64,000 bases of DNA from Hydrolagus colliei. Its lineage: Eukaryota. Numbering within the stretch: position 1 is the stretch's first letter; each line of letters starts with the position of its first letter. Of this stretch, positions 36,101 to 47,725 are shown one piece after another. The stretch is from positions 14,384,001-14,448,000 of the forward strand of contig CM068756.1 of assembly GCA_035084275.1 (NCBI GenBank), given 5' to 3'. A program made the translations under genes and the position numbers. The notes below the pieces were generated by a model. It worked only from the letters and a program-made list of their open reading frames with translations, did not search any database and had not been told where the DNA came from.

Positions 36101-39100
36101 ACAGGAAAATTCGAGGTGGATGCTATTATGATCGATCATATTTTCATCTGACATATCATTTTGAGGAAAAGCCTCAAAAATTCATCACAAATTGACAGTT
36201 GATTTATAGGCAAATGCTGCAATTAATTTCTGCTACATAATGCCACTTAGTGGTTGAAAATATGACAACAAAAATAATAATCCTTGCTTGTGATATAGCG
36301 CCTTATCACATCGTCGAGACATCTCAGAGCGCTTCACAGGATATCTTGTAGATTGACTGAAGATGTTGTGGGCAAAATCAATTGGGTAACCAATAGTCAA
36401 TTGTAGGGAGGCTTTTAGCATTTAATAGCAATTTATAGAACATACCGGGATGCAAAAGATGTACATTTGATAGTATCATTTCTAATTGAACAGAATCTAA
36501 GAGTTTCAAGGTTGATGAGTTTTTAAGAGACGTTTAAGTTTTTTAAGGGATAGAATGAATCTTTTCAATTCCAAGACTATTTATGTACAACGCATTGCCA
36601 TTTTACGTATTTTTCTATGGAGTATTTCAACAGAAAATTACATGATTCTAATCTTCAGTATAAGTGAAAATAAAATATTTTCGATTGGTAATTTAGCTAA
36701 CAACAATTCACTGCAAGATATTGGTAAATAACCTGTGTTGGATTTTGAAATGGTGAAGATGGCAACTGCTGGAGTTCGGATCTGACATGAGATGTCAGAC
36801 AGGTTTCAACAACCCTGCTTTCGATTCAAAGACTATACATTGATAATTGATAGTTTTGTATATATTGAGTCTACAGCGAGAAATTTGGAGACAGGAAATG
36901 ATGGCGTAAATAAATGTAAATACGTTTTCCAGTAACAAGGTGTTTAATAATAATGACAGTAAACAATTAGGATTCCTACCTTTCAATCCTATGTTGGTTT
37001 TCGGAACGGTGTAGACAGCAACCACTGGAGATTGGAGAGTGACATGAGATGCCAGACATGTATAAACAACACCACTCTGCAAAGGTTGTGCGTCTTCCAT
37101 ATAGCTAGAAGCTTCATAAAGTCCAACTGTATTCTTCTCTTTAGTAGAAGTTACCCCAGTTATAACTTTGCTGCCTTTATTCCAAGTGAGCGTTACACCG
37201 TCCGGGTAAAAAGCAGCCGTTTTACACACAAGAACCTGTGATGTTGATGACTCGCTTTCAGAATCTCTCCGGAATATCGTAAGTGGGGTCGGGGGGACTG
37301 CAGGAGAACAACAAAAAAATTGCATTTGTATAGCACCATTCAAGTCTGGAGGACGTCTCTAGGCACTGGATAGTCAGTGTTCCACAGCCAAGCTGGGGTC
37401 AGGTTCGGGGTGGGTAAAGGGAAGGGTGTGGGGTGAGGTTAACTGATGGCACGATAAAAAGGAAGCTGTAAGGCAGGACTTGAAAGAGGCTGGGAATGGG
37501 CGAAGTGTAGGGATTGCAGGATGAAACTCCAGAGGTTGTGGGAGGAATGTCTGAAGCCTAGCACACTGATGGTAAGGCAGGTGGGTCAGGGGACATGGAG
37601 CAGGCTGGAACCGACAGTAGGGAGTGAGTGGACTGGTTGTAGGGGTTAGTAGGTCACAGATGTAGGGTGGAGCAAGGCAGCAAGGCTTTAAAGATGAGGA
37701 CCAGGATCTTGAATTGAATCCTCTGATGATGGGAACGAATGGAGTCGGGTGAGAATGGGGGAGATGGGGGTCACAGAGCTTGATGGAGGAGAGGACATAG
37801 GCTGCAGAGCTCTAGATGATCTGCAGCCTATGGAGGGAGAAGGCAAGGCTGACAAGCCGGGACAGACAGAGCAGAATAGTGTTACGTGTGATTAGTTAGA
37901 ATATAAAACTTTATTCCCATTTGAATTGTATATGAAAGGTTTCATTGTAACATTATAAGGAGGAAGGTGCTCCGAGATGCTATCCATGTGACAGGCACTG
38001 GACAAATGCATGCTGTTGTTGTCATATCACAGAATCTGGATTGTATTGGAATGAAACTGATGCTATTTGGATTTTTAATTTTGAACGATGTTTAGAGTAA
38101 CAAATGTTAAAAAATGCCTTTCAGGAGGTTCAGTCACTATTCTGCAGATTAACAGCAAGATGAAAGGGTTTAACTGTGATGATAAGATGGGTAAACATGG
38201 ATTGTATTTGATAGATATGAGAAGAATGGAAGGTAATTTCATTGAGCTGTCAACGAATGCTAAAATAGTGGACAATGGATTATTTTAGAAGAGGATAGAA
38301 GAGAAAATAGAATGCTACCCAACTCTAAAAAATTGGTTGTACCTATTTATTGTGAAATGAAGCAGTTTGGTTCATATGCAGTTCAGTGAAATTGTGGAAT
38401 CCACTCCCATAGGTGGCCTTAGACGCCGATTGAATTGGGATATTTAACAGAAATAGATGAGAGTTTTAAGGGGTTTGCAAAGTGACAGTGAAATAGAATG
38501 AAAAGTTCTGCCACCATTCTCGAGCAGCAATAACTGATTTTGATAAACCGCCCTTCACACAGGAAAACTGGAAATTTCTCTTTAATTAGAGTTATAAGCA
38601 AAACCATCAACACCAACATTTATTCTGTTTTTCTCTGGATTTTTAAGATTTCGTCAGCCAATTTTTTATAAGTAGAATGGGTAATTCAAAATGATTTCAT
38701 GGCTGATTGTGGGACATCATTATGCGCAGATTATTCAAGTTATCTCAAATTGGCTAATTATTTTTTAATATTTGCTTTTCATATCCAATAGTAAATTGTA
38801 AACGTCTGTAGCATGGGTGAAACTGACTTTGATTAATAATAATAATGCTTGCATTTGTTATTGACCCTTTCATTTTGAGATGACTCTCTGAGAATTCCCA
38901 AAAGTTCACTGCAAAGTGCGGCGATTTTGTAGGTGAACATAGCAGCCACAATAAAAGCCACAAAAGTGAATAATCAATTGTATCTGGGGTTTCAGTAGCC
39001 AGCACACAGGGATGAAAAAGTTTTCTCCTTTTGAATAGTTGCACTTAATCTTTAATGTCCACCTGAAAAGGCAGAATGAACGGTTTAGCACCTCATTCAA

Positions 39101-40344
39101 ACCTTGGGTTTCTCAAGCCATCAAGTGCTTCCCTAGCATTGTATTGGATTGTCAGTGTGCACTGTGATCTTCATGTATTGCCGTGGGACAATCTGAATAC
39201 ATGTATTCAGGACAGAATAAAATAAAATAAAATTTAAAAATAAATAAACTTAGAAAATATATAAATAATAAGATAATTTTGAAATAAAATAAAGAAATGG
39301 TTATTTCAATCCATGACTGTTTGTGAGATACTGTTGTGCTCAATTGGCTGCTGTGTTTCATCCACAAACATACAGTTAATTCACTTTGCAGTATATTCTG
39401 TGAAGTGCTTTGAGATGTCTAGAAGATGTGAAAAGTGCTATATCAAATCCAAGGATTTATTTTACTAGAACACAGTGCTTTAAAATGAATTGACTGTATA
39501 TTTTTGGGCGAAACGCTGCAGCCAATTCCCACTTTGCTGAGTAGTATAAATCCACCGGCTCACATCAGCGCCATACTGAAGAGGCAGAATTGTAATACAA
39601 AAAATTCTACTGATAAAATGTGTTGCGGGTTAAAATCAAATCTGTTCCTGTTTACTGTGCAATCATAACTTTTTTTTCTGGGAGTTGTAAATTAAACAAA
39701 TGGTTTAATTTAAGTTTAAACAAATGATGTCAAATTGCCCCAACACGTTCCCCGTATTGTGTCCAGACTTACCGTGTACAGTCAAACTTGATCCAGTTCC
39801 ATTTTCTGCTAGTTTCCCCTGACGAATGACTGCACAGTAATAGACTCCAGAATCGTTGAAATTCACATTTAGAATCTGGAACGTTTTGGCATCAAATATT
39901 TTCCTGTTGTCTTGTCTTTTATGTAAATACTCACTCTCTCCTCGCTTCCACCAGAGATATTTTATATTTGATTTGTGTTGAATGTCGGTAAACTTGCAGC
40001 CAAAGGCAACGTTTTCACCTTGCATTACTGTCCGGTCTTCAGGATATTGAATCACTTTTGTCAACGAATCACCTGCAACTGTGAGAAAATAATGCAAATC
40101 TATAAAAATTATTTTTTACAGATAATCTATAATTAGTGATTATAGAGTTGAAAAAGGATGATGAAATAAATATAGGGAAGGAGTGAGAGAAGGTGGAAGA
40201 AAGAGAAAGAGAGATGGATGCATTCACTGAACACATTTTGAAACACTTCACTGATATCGATCTGTATTTAAATGCATTGAACCACTTACCTGTGAAAATA
40301 ATCCCCATTAGAGAAAGATAGGGGGACATATCACTGGCCATCAT
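30167..40344 (-). CDS. G4: intact inhibitory SIRP-like V-C1 receptor, chimeric origin
   Basis: Leader 40290-40344 (MMASDMSPYLSLMGIIFT), V 39773-40078, C1 36980-37297, TM 35731-35844, cyt1 33252-33295 (GPHRNQTGSSHCEEQ), exon A 32861-32971 (MAYATL...TVYAQ), exon B 30167-30340 (MTYASL...AEYAEL...REPRSK*). The frame is open. Confidence 0.88.
30659..31620 (-). mobile_element. Internally deleted pogo/Tigger-like DNA transposon with nested L2 tail and short-period repeat
   Basis: CAGTTAACC ends with TA flanks. The minus strand at 31290-31439 reads MDPIMERSLKFKTGLDGLLGPYR/ELMKDF*WKAKQRKITSFFQP, like a Tigger transposase C-terminus. Internal sequence is shared with the 34394 MITE. Confidence 0.7.
31715..32290 (-). 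mobile_element. L2-type LINE 3' fragment
   Basis: LDYANALLVSLP..SLHRL..S motif in ORF 32047-32415, with an L2 tail at the left end. Confidence 0.7.
32294..32375 (-). pseudogene. Orphan C1-exon fragment in the G4 exon A-B intron
   Basis: Reads V*SGVVYTCLVSHVTLRTPAVTICTV, the F-G strands of the family C1 domain. Confidence 0.8.
34169..34690 (+). mobile_element. Deu-type SINE interrupted by a MITE
   Basis: Head GGAATCCTGTAGCTCAG, B-box GTTTCGAATCC, core and tail. Confidence 0.75.
34394..34611. mobile_element. Tc1/mariner (pogo-like) MITE, 218 bp
   Basis: TIR CAGTTAACCCTCATCGA(A/T)TGC matches at 20/21, with TA TSD. Confidence 0.85.
36733..36818 (-). pseudogene. Remnant 3' end of a second C1 exon behind the functional G4 C1 exon
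   Basis: Reads RVVETCLTSHV(frameshift)RTPAVAIFTISKSNT G|gt and is followed by G5-like intron sequence. Confidence 0.8.
37305..37860 (-). mobile_element. L2-type LINE 3' fragment inserted just upstream of the G4 C1 acceptor
   Basis: The L2 tail abuts the acceptor. Ancestral intron sequence (ggacaga...tgtgattagtt) resumes at about 37860. Confidence 0.75.
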
Positions 40345-40429
40345 TGTGATCAGTTGTTCAGACTCGCCCTGAGCCTCTTGCTGGTGTAACACGGGTTTGC
40401 TGGTTGTCTAATATAAAATAATTCACAGT

Positions 40430-40445
40430 GTCATGTGACTTCCTG
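40430..40445 (-). promoter_or_regulatory. M-box plus ETS composite element of G4
   Basis: GTCATGTGACTTCCTG, as in G1. Confidence 0.5.
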
Positions 40446-43129
40446 ACAGATATGAGTTGGATGCGATTTGCAAAGAAAATTGTGCGTTTCAATTGTGACT
40501 TGAATCAATCTTCAGATCGGCAGCAAAGAGGAAGGTTAATTATGTCCATACAATTATCTGTTATTGTTTTCCCCATTCTTGTATTAATTCTTCCTTTTCA
40601 TGCTAATATTCAGTAATAACAACAAAATTACATTTTACAGCACTTTTCACGTCAGGAGGACCTCCCATTTATAATTGAAAACTCACATTTAGAACAAGTA
40701 ACTATATGTCTTTAATCATAAAAATACTTGCATTTGATATAGCACTTTTCACATCTTCTTTACGTCTCAAAGTAGTTCACAGAATATGCTTTAAAGTGAA
40801 TTGACTGTATATTTGTGGGCGAAACGGACGGCAGCCAATTGCGCATAACAGTGCCTCACTAATAGTCGTGGATTGAAATAACCAATTTAATATTGTTTGT
40901 TTCAAGAGGGTCTGATCAGGTGTGTGGAATAAGGAAATTTGCCAAAGGTTTTCATCCGGCCGGGAATACAATCCGGGTCTCTCATTTGTAAGATGAATGT
41001 TCCAAACACTCAGCCGCAACACATAACTGAAGAAATGCCTTGCTCTTCAGTTTAACATCAGTTTTAGGATGGAATTCCAATGGAAAGCCCACTGAGAGCC
41101 AAAATGATCTTTGAATCGACCATGTAGATTTAATTTATCTAATATTCTGAGCAAAGTTACAATGATTCCCTTCAACTTGAGCAGTTAATCATTCAAAGCA
41201 GCCACATATTGCCATGTTATGTTTTCATAATTTATTGAACATAATTCAATGTGATGAATACAAAAGTTATGTAGCAGGTTCGTCCTAATAATTTAGCAAC
41301 AGATGTTACAGAAATACAAGAAAACATATTTCCATTATTTCTAAATTAATTTATTTTCTTTACACACACTGCAATAATAATGAGTTTCTCTCAATAAATA
41401 AATTACCAGTTGTGCAGTTGAGTTGGAGAAATAACTGTAAGTAAATAGGGATCCTTTATATGTGATTGATTTGCCCGTATTTGTACACAGTAATGTCTCA
41501 TAAGCATGTATGAAGTGAATGACCAATTTTCTCTACAGAATTATTGATCATGATACTGTACTCTGACGATCCAATTTAACTGAGGAGTAACATTGAGGGA
41601 TTTTTAACTGAACAGACAGCCTGGACCTCGGTTCAAAATCTCATCTAAAGGATAAGAAAAATAACTTTCATACATATTGTGCCTTTCATGCAGGTTAGCG
41701 TCTCCGAGCATCTCAAACTACGATAATGCAGACAGATCACTTCGGCATTGGAGCGTCAGCCTAGAACATGACTTCAAAGTGTCAAACTTGGGCTTAAATC
41801 CAAATTGTCTGATTCATGTTACCAGGTATCATCTCATGGAAATTTCGATTGCACAGCATTCTCAGTCTCAGCTTTGGATAATGTCCATTGATAGTGTTTG
41901 ACAACGGCAGCAGAGGTGAACCATATGTATGTTTTGGAACCTCAGAATTGTACCTTGGCCCCATTCTTTTTCTCATCGTCATGATTTCTCTCTCTCTCTC
42001 TCTCTAATATTATCGACAGAGCAACGGTTAACTCTCACATTCATATGAATAACAGCTAAATCTAATTTTTTTACTTCTACTATTGATTCCAGGTATATTG
42101 ATGCTCTAGCCGTTTGCATGTCAACACCTAGATGAGCCCAGACTTCTTCTGACTTCATATGGATGAAGGAAGCCATCCTCCTGTCAACAATTCCTTTGTC
42201 GCATGTTTGCTGCACCCTCTCATTTCACTATATATCCCATGAAGCTACTTGAAATGTCTCAACAACATGATAAGGTCCTATATCAATAAAACATTGTCCT
42301 TTCATTATTATTAGATTCCTACACCCTAATTTATGTAAATCCCTCCTCATCCCAATATGTCCCACTCTTTCTCAATCTGCCTTTGATCTGACTCAATTCC
42401 TACCTTTTCCAACCTTTCTTTATCTACATCTCTCTTGGCCTCTCACCTCTCCCTTGATCTGTATCCAACCCAAACACTTTGAAGTCCTGATAGGCAATAC
42501 CCAATGTGAAGGATACTGTAATACTCTATAATAATCTTTGTATTGATATAATGTCTTAGTGCATCTTCGAGATACCTTAAAGTGTTTCACAGAATATATT
42601 GTAAAATGAATTAAAACGATGCTGTATAAATGCGTTGTTAATAGGTAACAAATAATCTAATCAATGCAGGATATTTTCTTAAATATATTATCCACTGACA
42701 AATCTATGCAAATAGTAGTTTAGGGACATCATGCATATCTGAGTGATTGCGATATTCACGAGCTGCCTTCCTAAACCATCACGTGAAAATGGCTTGTTGA
42801 TGGACTCAATCGGAAAGGTCAATACCCACGTCAACTGTAGCTTCTCTCTGTATCATTGTCATTTATTGAGGAGAAATGTCACAGAGCATAGGAAGTTTCT
42901 ATAAATTGTATATCCTATTCCAGACATTAACTCATATGGGATTACTCACTTAAACAATGCTATTTACTACTTGGTAATCCTATTAGCGCATCCTGGAGCA
43001 TTTTTGTTTCCAGCTCCATCCTCTCGTGAATACATTTGGCAAAAATGTCTTTCCATGAATTTCAGCATCCTCAAGTATCACGTATATATGGACCTTATTA
43101 ACACCTCCCACTGAATATTAGCAAATCCG

Positions 43130-43950
43130 AGGCATCCTGATTGGCATGCGCCTCCTCATTTCAGGCACTGGCAGCATCAGCATCCACAGATGCACACTCC
43201 ACCTTGCGAAGCCAGTCAGGAACCTGGGTGACTTGTTTGACCGTGAACTGTCCTTTCTCCACAATCCATGCCATGACCAGCAACACCTTCCACCACCTTT
43301 GTAACATTGCCAAACTCTGTCACTGCCTCAATCCCCAGGAAACTGAAACCCATAAACCCATTGTCATCCCAAGGCTTGACTATAGCAACTCACTCCTCGT
43401 CAGCCTCCACAACTCTTCCCTCCACAAGCTGCAGATCATCCAAAACTTTGCAGCTCATGTCACCTCACGCACCATGCTCTGTGACCCTATCATTCTCAAA
43501 CTCACCCAGTTCCACTGGTTCCCATTCCTCAGAGGATTGATTTCAAGATTCTTGTGCTCACTTTCAAGGCCTGGCACGGCCTTGCCCCTCCTACCTGTCT
43601 GACTTGCTGACCTCCTATCAACCCGTCCATTCCGTCCATTCAGCAGTCTCTGGCCTGCTCCATGTCTCCTGCCCGACACACCCTACCGTCTGCGGCCAGG
43701 CTTTTAGCCTCTCTGTCCCTACGCTTTAGAACTCCATCCTACAATCCCTTTGCCTCACTTCCTCCCTTTCCTCCTTCAAGACTGGTCTCAATACCCATCT
43801 CTTCCATCCTGTCTTCAGTCAAATTCTACCTCTCTGCCCTCCCTCATCCCCAAACCTGCATCCCCCAACTCACTGTACTCGGATCCTGACCCCTGACTGC
43901 TGAGTGCCTTAGGACGTCCTCCTGACATGAAAGTTGATCGACTATTTTGG
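43130..43950 (+). mobile_element. L2-type LINE 3' fragment
   Basis: ORF 43141-43602 contains HLCNIAKL..RLDYSNSLL..LHKLQIIQN, followed by an L2 tail. Confidence 0.75.
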
Positions 43951-46241
43951 TTGCTGTTGTTGTTATTCATGTTTAACAGGCAGAGTCAACAGATCCTATG
44001 GCTCTACTCAACAAGTGAGGACAGATTATCCTGTGTCCTGGCCAACAATTTCCCCCCAAAAATTGGTGATTCTTTTCATGGTTGTTTGTTGGACATTACT
44101 GTGTACAATTAGGCCACTGCATTTGCCTGCAACTGCAGTCATGACACTGCACAGCTTCCCGTGATGTGCTTTGAGATGTCAGCCCAACATGAAAGGAACT
44201 GTACCAATTGCAAGGAGTATTATTAGGTTCCAATTGTCGTGTGTCCATTTTAATTTTCCTCAGGTTCTGTGCATTAAATGCTATTTAATTAACTGATAGC
44301 AAACCTGTTGCTTTCATCTTTTGTAATTGCTCAGATGATCATGAAATAATTTCAAGAAACATTGATCTGTAGCTCGTTCTGAAACATTAGAATTGTTTGC
44401 AAATTATGGCACCTGGTGGCAGACTGTACCGTATTTATAATATGAAAAGCTGTAATCTACACAATTGTTTCCCTCGTTCACCTGTTGCACCTTTGTTTGA
44501 GTGGCTGAGTATGTTCTCTGAACCCTCTGCTGGTGACCATTGGTGACCATATCTCCATCTACTATCTCACATATCTCTGGAATCTCACGTGTCTTCAATT
44601 GGCACTTTTTCCACTTCGACTGTGCCTATGGACAATACAACTTGCACCCTGGCTCAGTGACACATTCTTCCACTGGTCAGTGCTGGGTGTGTTATATATA
44701 CGGTAGTTGTTGTTGCTTCTATACTTCCATCAGAGAGATGTATTGAAAACCCAGAAGACCATTTTTGCTCAGCTAGGCTTCTCACACATGCAGAAATCCT
44801 TACCATGCTTATGTGAGTCACACTGCTTAATTTGAAAGAATGTTCTTTGGTGAGAAGTAATAATAATAATGCTATTAATAATGCTATTGACATAATAATA
44901 ATGCTATTGACATAGTGAAATGTGGCAGCCAATTGCACACAGCAGTGTCCCACAAACAGTTGTGGATTGAAGTGACCGATTTTTTTTCTTGAGGGATTAT
45001 TATCAGGCATGCAGATTAAGGAACAATGTCTAGTGTTTCACCCTGCCAGGAATTGAATCCAGATCTCTCGATTCCAAGGCAAGTGTTTTAATCACGAAAA
45101 TACAGGATTACACACGTCATTTGGGAGGGATGAGTCAACGTTGGATAGAAAGCAAATACCAGGAATTACCTTGCGTTGAGTATCACATCAAAGCATTAAA
45201 TGTGTGAGAAGATAGACCCCTATTCTCCTGCGCATCTCGGCACATATTCATGTGGATTGGGCGATGGCTATACCAGTTGGTGCGGTGCCATTTTATTCAA
45301 GCATGGAGTGAACCACTGAATAACACTCCAACAATGTATTTAAAAAAGAGGTTTACATTACAATAGGACCAACAGATAGTTTTGCCCCAAAATACACAAA
45401 GCCGCAGCAGGTTATACTATCGCCTGTAATACTCTTAGAAACATTGTGATGATGGGATAAAGCACTATATTAAATTCATGGATAATTAATAAACACAAAT
45501 TTGAATTAACAACAACAACGTCGATTTATACACTGCTCTCCACACTGGATAGCGTCTCAGAGCGCTTCACAATAGCGGATTCCAGGACCGAGCCAGGGGC
45601 AGGGGTAGAAAGGTGACCAAAGGCGCGGTCGAAGAGAAAGGTCTTCAGCTGTGACCTGAAGCTGAGAAGAGAGGGGGCGAGGCGAAGGTAGTGGGGAAGG
45701 GAATTCCAGAGCCTCAGGGCATCGTGGCTGAAGGCACAGCCACCGAGGATGGAGCAGAGGATTCGGCGGATTAAACCACTCTACAGTTCATGCTTCACTT
45801 CTAGTGGACCAGGACACAATGTTCACTGCGATATACCTCACGTAGTACGAATGCATAACTGTTATATAAACAAAGAAATATTGTGCACATTTGGTACAGC
45901 CGCTTTACTACAATAACCACAGCCTAATGGATGGAAACAGTTCATAACCCATGCTCTATATATAATCTAAGAGAGCGTGACTCTTGTGATGGAATTATTC
46001 TGTGACAGTTATAGGCACAGCAGAACGTTTCATCACTTAGTTGTTTAATGTAGGTATATATTTAGAAGTTAAGTCAACAGCTCAACAGCTCACCGCCCAC
46101 GCCACAACTTTTTCACTGAGTTGGACAAACTGCATCATATTTTGTTGGCCAACTTTCATGTTAGCCCATACCAAGTGTTGTTTTATTAATACTAAAGAGA
46201 AAGAGTGAGCAGAAGAGACTGGTTTATGTAACTTATTTGGT

Positions 46242-46247
46242 TTTATT
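46242..46247 (-). promoter_or_regulatory. Putative polyadenylation signal of G5
   Basis: AATAAA at the conserved 3' flank position. Confidence 0.5.
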
Positions 46248-46379
46248 GAAAGGCTGATTGGACATGTTACACGACAGTTTTGTTGCTTAACGCGTTGTTT
46301 ATCCTGTTGGTTTTAGTTTTGTAGCAGCTAAATAACTTTTGTTAATCAACTAATTCAGTAGTTATCTTTATCAATTTGA

Positions 46380-47670
46380 TTCACTTGCATTTGATATAGT
46401 GCTTTTCACGACTTCTACATATCTCAAAGCGCTTCACAGAGTATACTGTAAAGTGAATTGACTGTAGATTTGTGGGTGAAACACGGCAGCCAATTGCACA
46501 CAGCAATGTCTCACAAACAGCCATGGATTGAAATGATATCATCATTGTATTTTTTTTTCGAGAGATTATTATCAGATGTGTGGAGGAAGAAAACTTGCCC
46601 AAAGTTTTGTCCTGCCTGGAATTGAACCAAGGTCTCTTGCTTGCCAGCCGAGTGCTCTACCACTGAACTACAGGACTTCAAATATTAAAATAATGTTTGA
46701 CAACAACAACGACAACAACAATTTACATTTATAGAGCGCCTTTCATGTCGGGAGGACGTCCCAAGGCGCTGAACAAGAGGCGTGTGACCCGAGCTGGGAG
46801 GGGAGTGTTTGGGAAGGGGTGAAACACGAAGGGGAGGTAAAAGAGTTCGGGGTGGAACAAAAGGCACGATCGAAGAGGAAAGTCTTCAAACCGGCCTTGA
46901 AAGAGGAAAGGGAAGAGGCGAAACGGAGGGATTGAGGGATGGTATTCCATAAGGTGGGAGAGGAGAAACTGAAGGCCCGGCCTCCGATGGTGGGGCGGTT
47001 CGGGTGGGGGGCTTGGAGCAGGCCAAGTCCTGTTGAACGGAGGGTCCGGGTGGGCGTGTAGGGGGAGAGTAGATCAGTTAGGCAGGATGGGGCAAGGCCG
47101 TGTAAGGCCTTGTAGGTGAGGACGAGGATCTTAAACCCGATCCTCTGGAGGATGGGGAGCCAGTGGAGACGGGCGAGGGTGGGGTTATGTGGTCACGGAG
47201 GCGGGTGCGGGATAGTTTAAGCATGGCTATATAGACATAGTAATCAGCTTTCTAAGAGATTTCCTAAAGATATATAATGTAATAAATCAACTTGTGGTTG
47301 AAACAGGTGCAAGTAGAATATATAGCACAGGAATCGTGTGCACATTATTCACTATAATAATAATCCTTGCTTTTAATATAGCACTTTTCACATCTTATCA
47401 ACGCCTCAAAATGGTTGATAGAAAAACTATAAAGTGAATTGAAGTGTATATTTGTGGGCAAAATGCGTCAGCCAATTGTGCACAGCTGTGTCACACAAAC
47501 AGTCATGGATTGAAATGACTAATTTTTGTTATTGTGTTTTTTTTGGACGGATTATTATTAGGCGTATGGTGTAAGGAAACTTGTCCAAGGTTTCGCCCTG
47601 TCCTCCCTGGATACGAACACAGGTCTCATGCTTGTATGGCAAGTGCTCTAACCACTGATATACAGGAGCT
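46380..47670 (-). mobile_element. SINE - L2 - SINE insertions in the G5 3' UTR/flank
   Basis: SINE 46380-46680, L2 46690-47210 and SINE 47360-47670 interrupt the block homologous to 29.9-30.1 kb. Confidence 0.7.
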
Positions 47671-47725
47671 TCTGGTGGAAAAGTATGTCTAATGTACATT
47701 AATATTAATTTCTGCGCCTGTTGCG

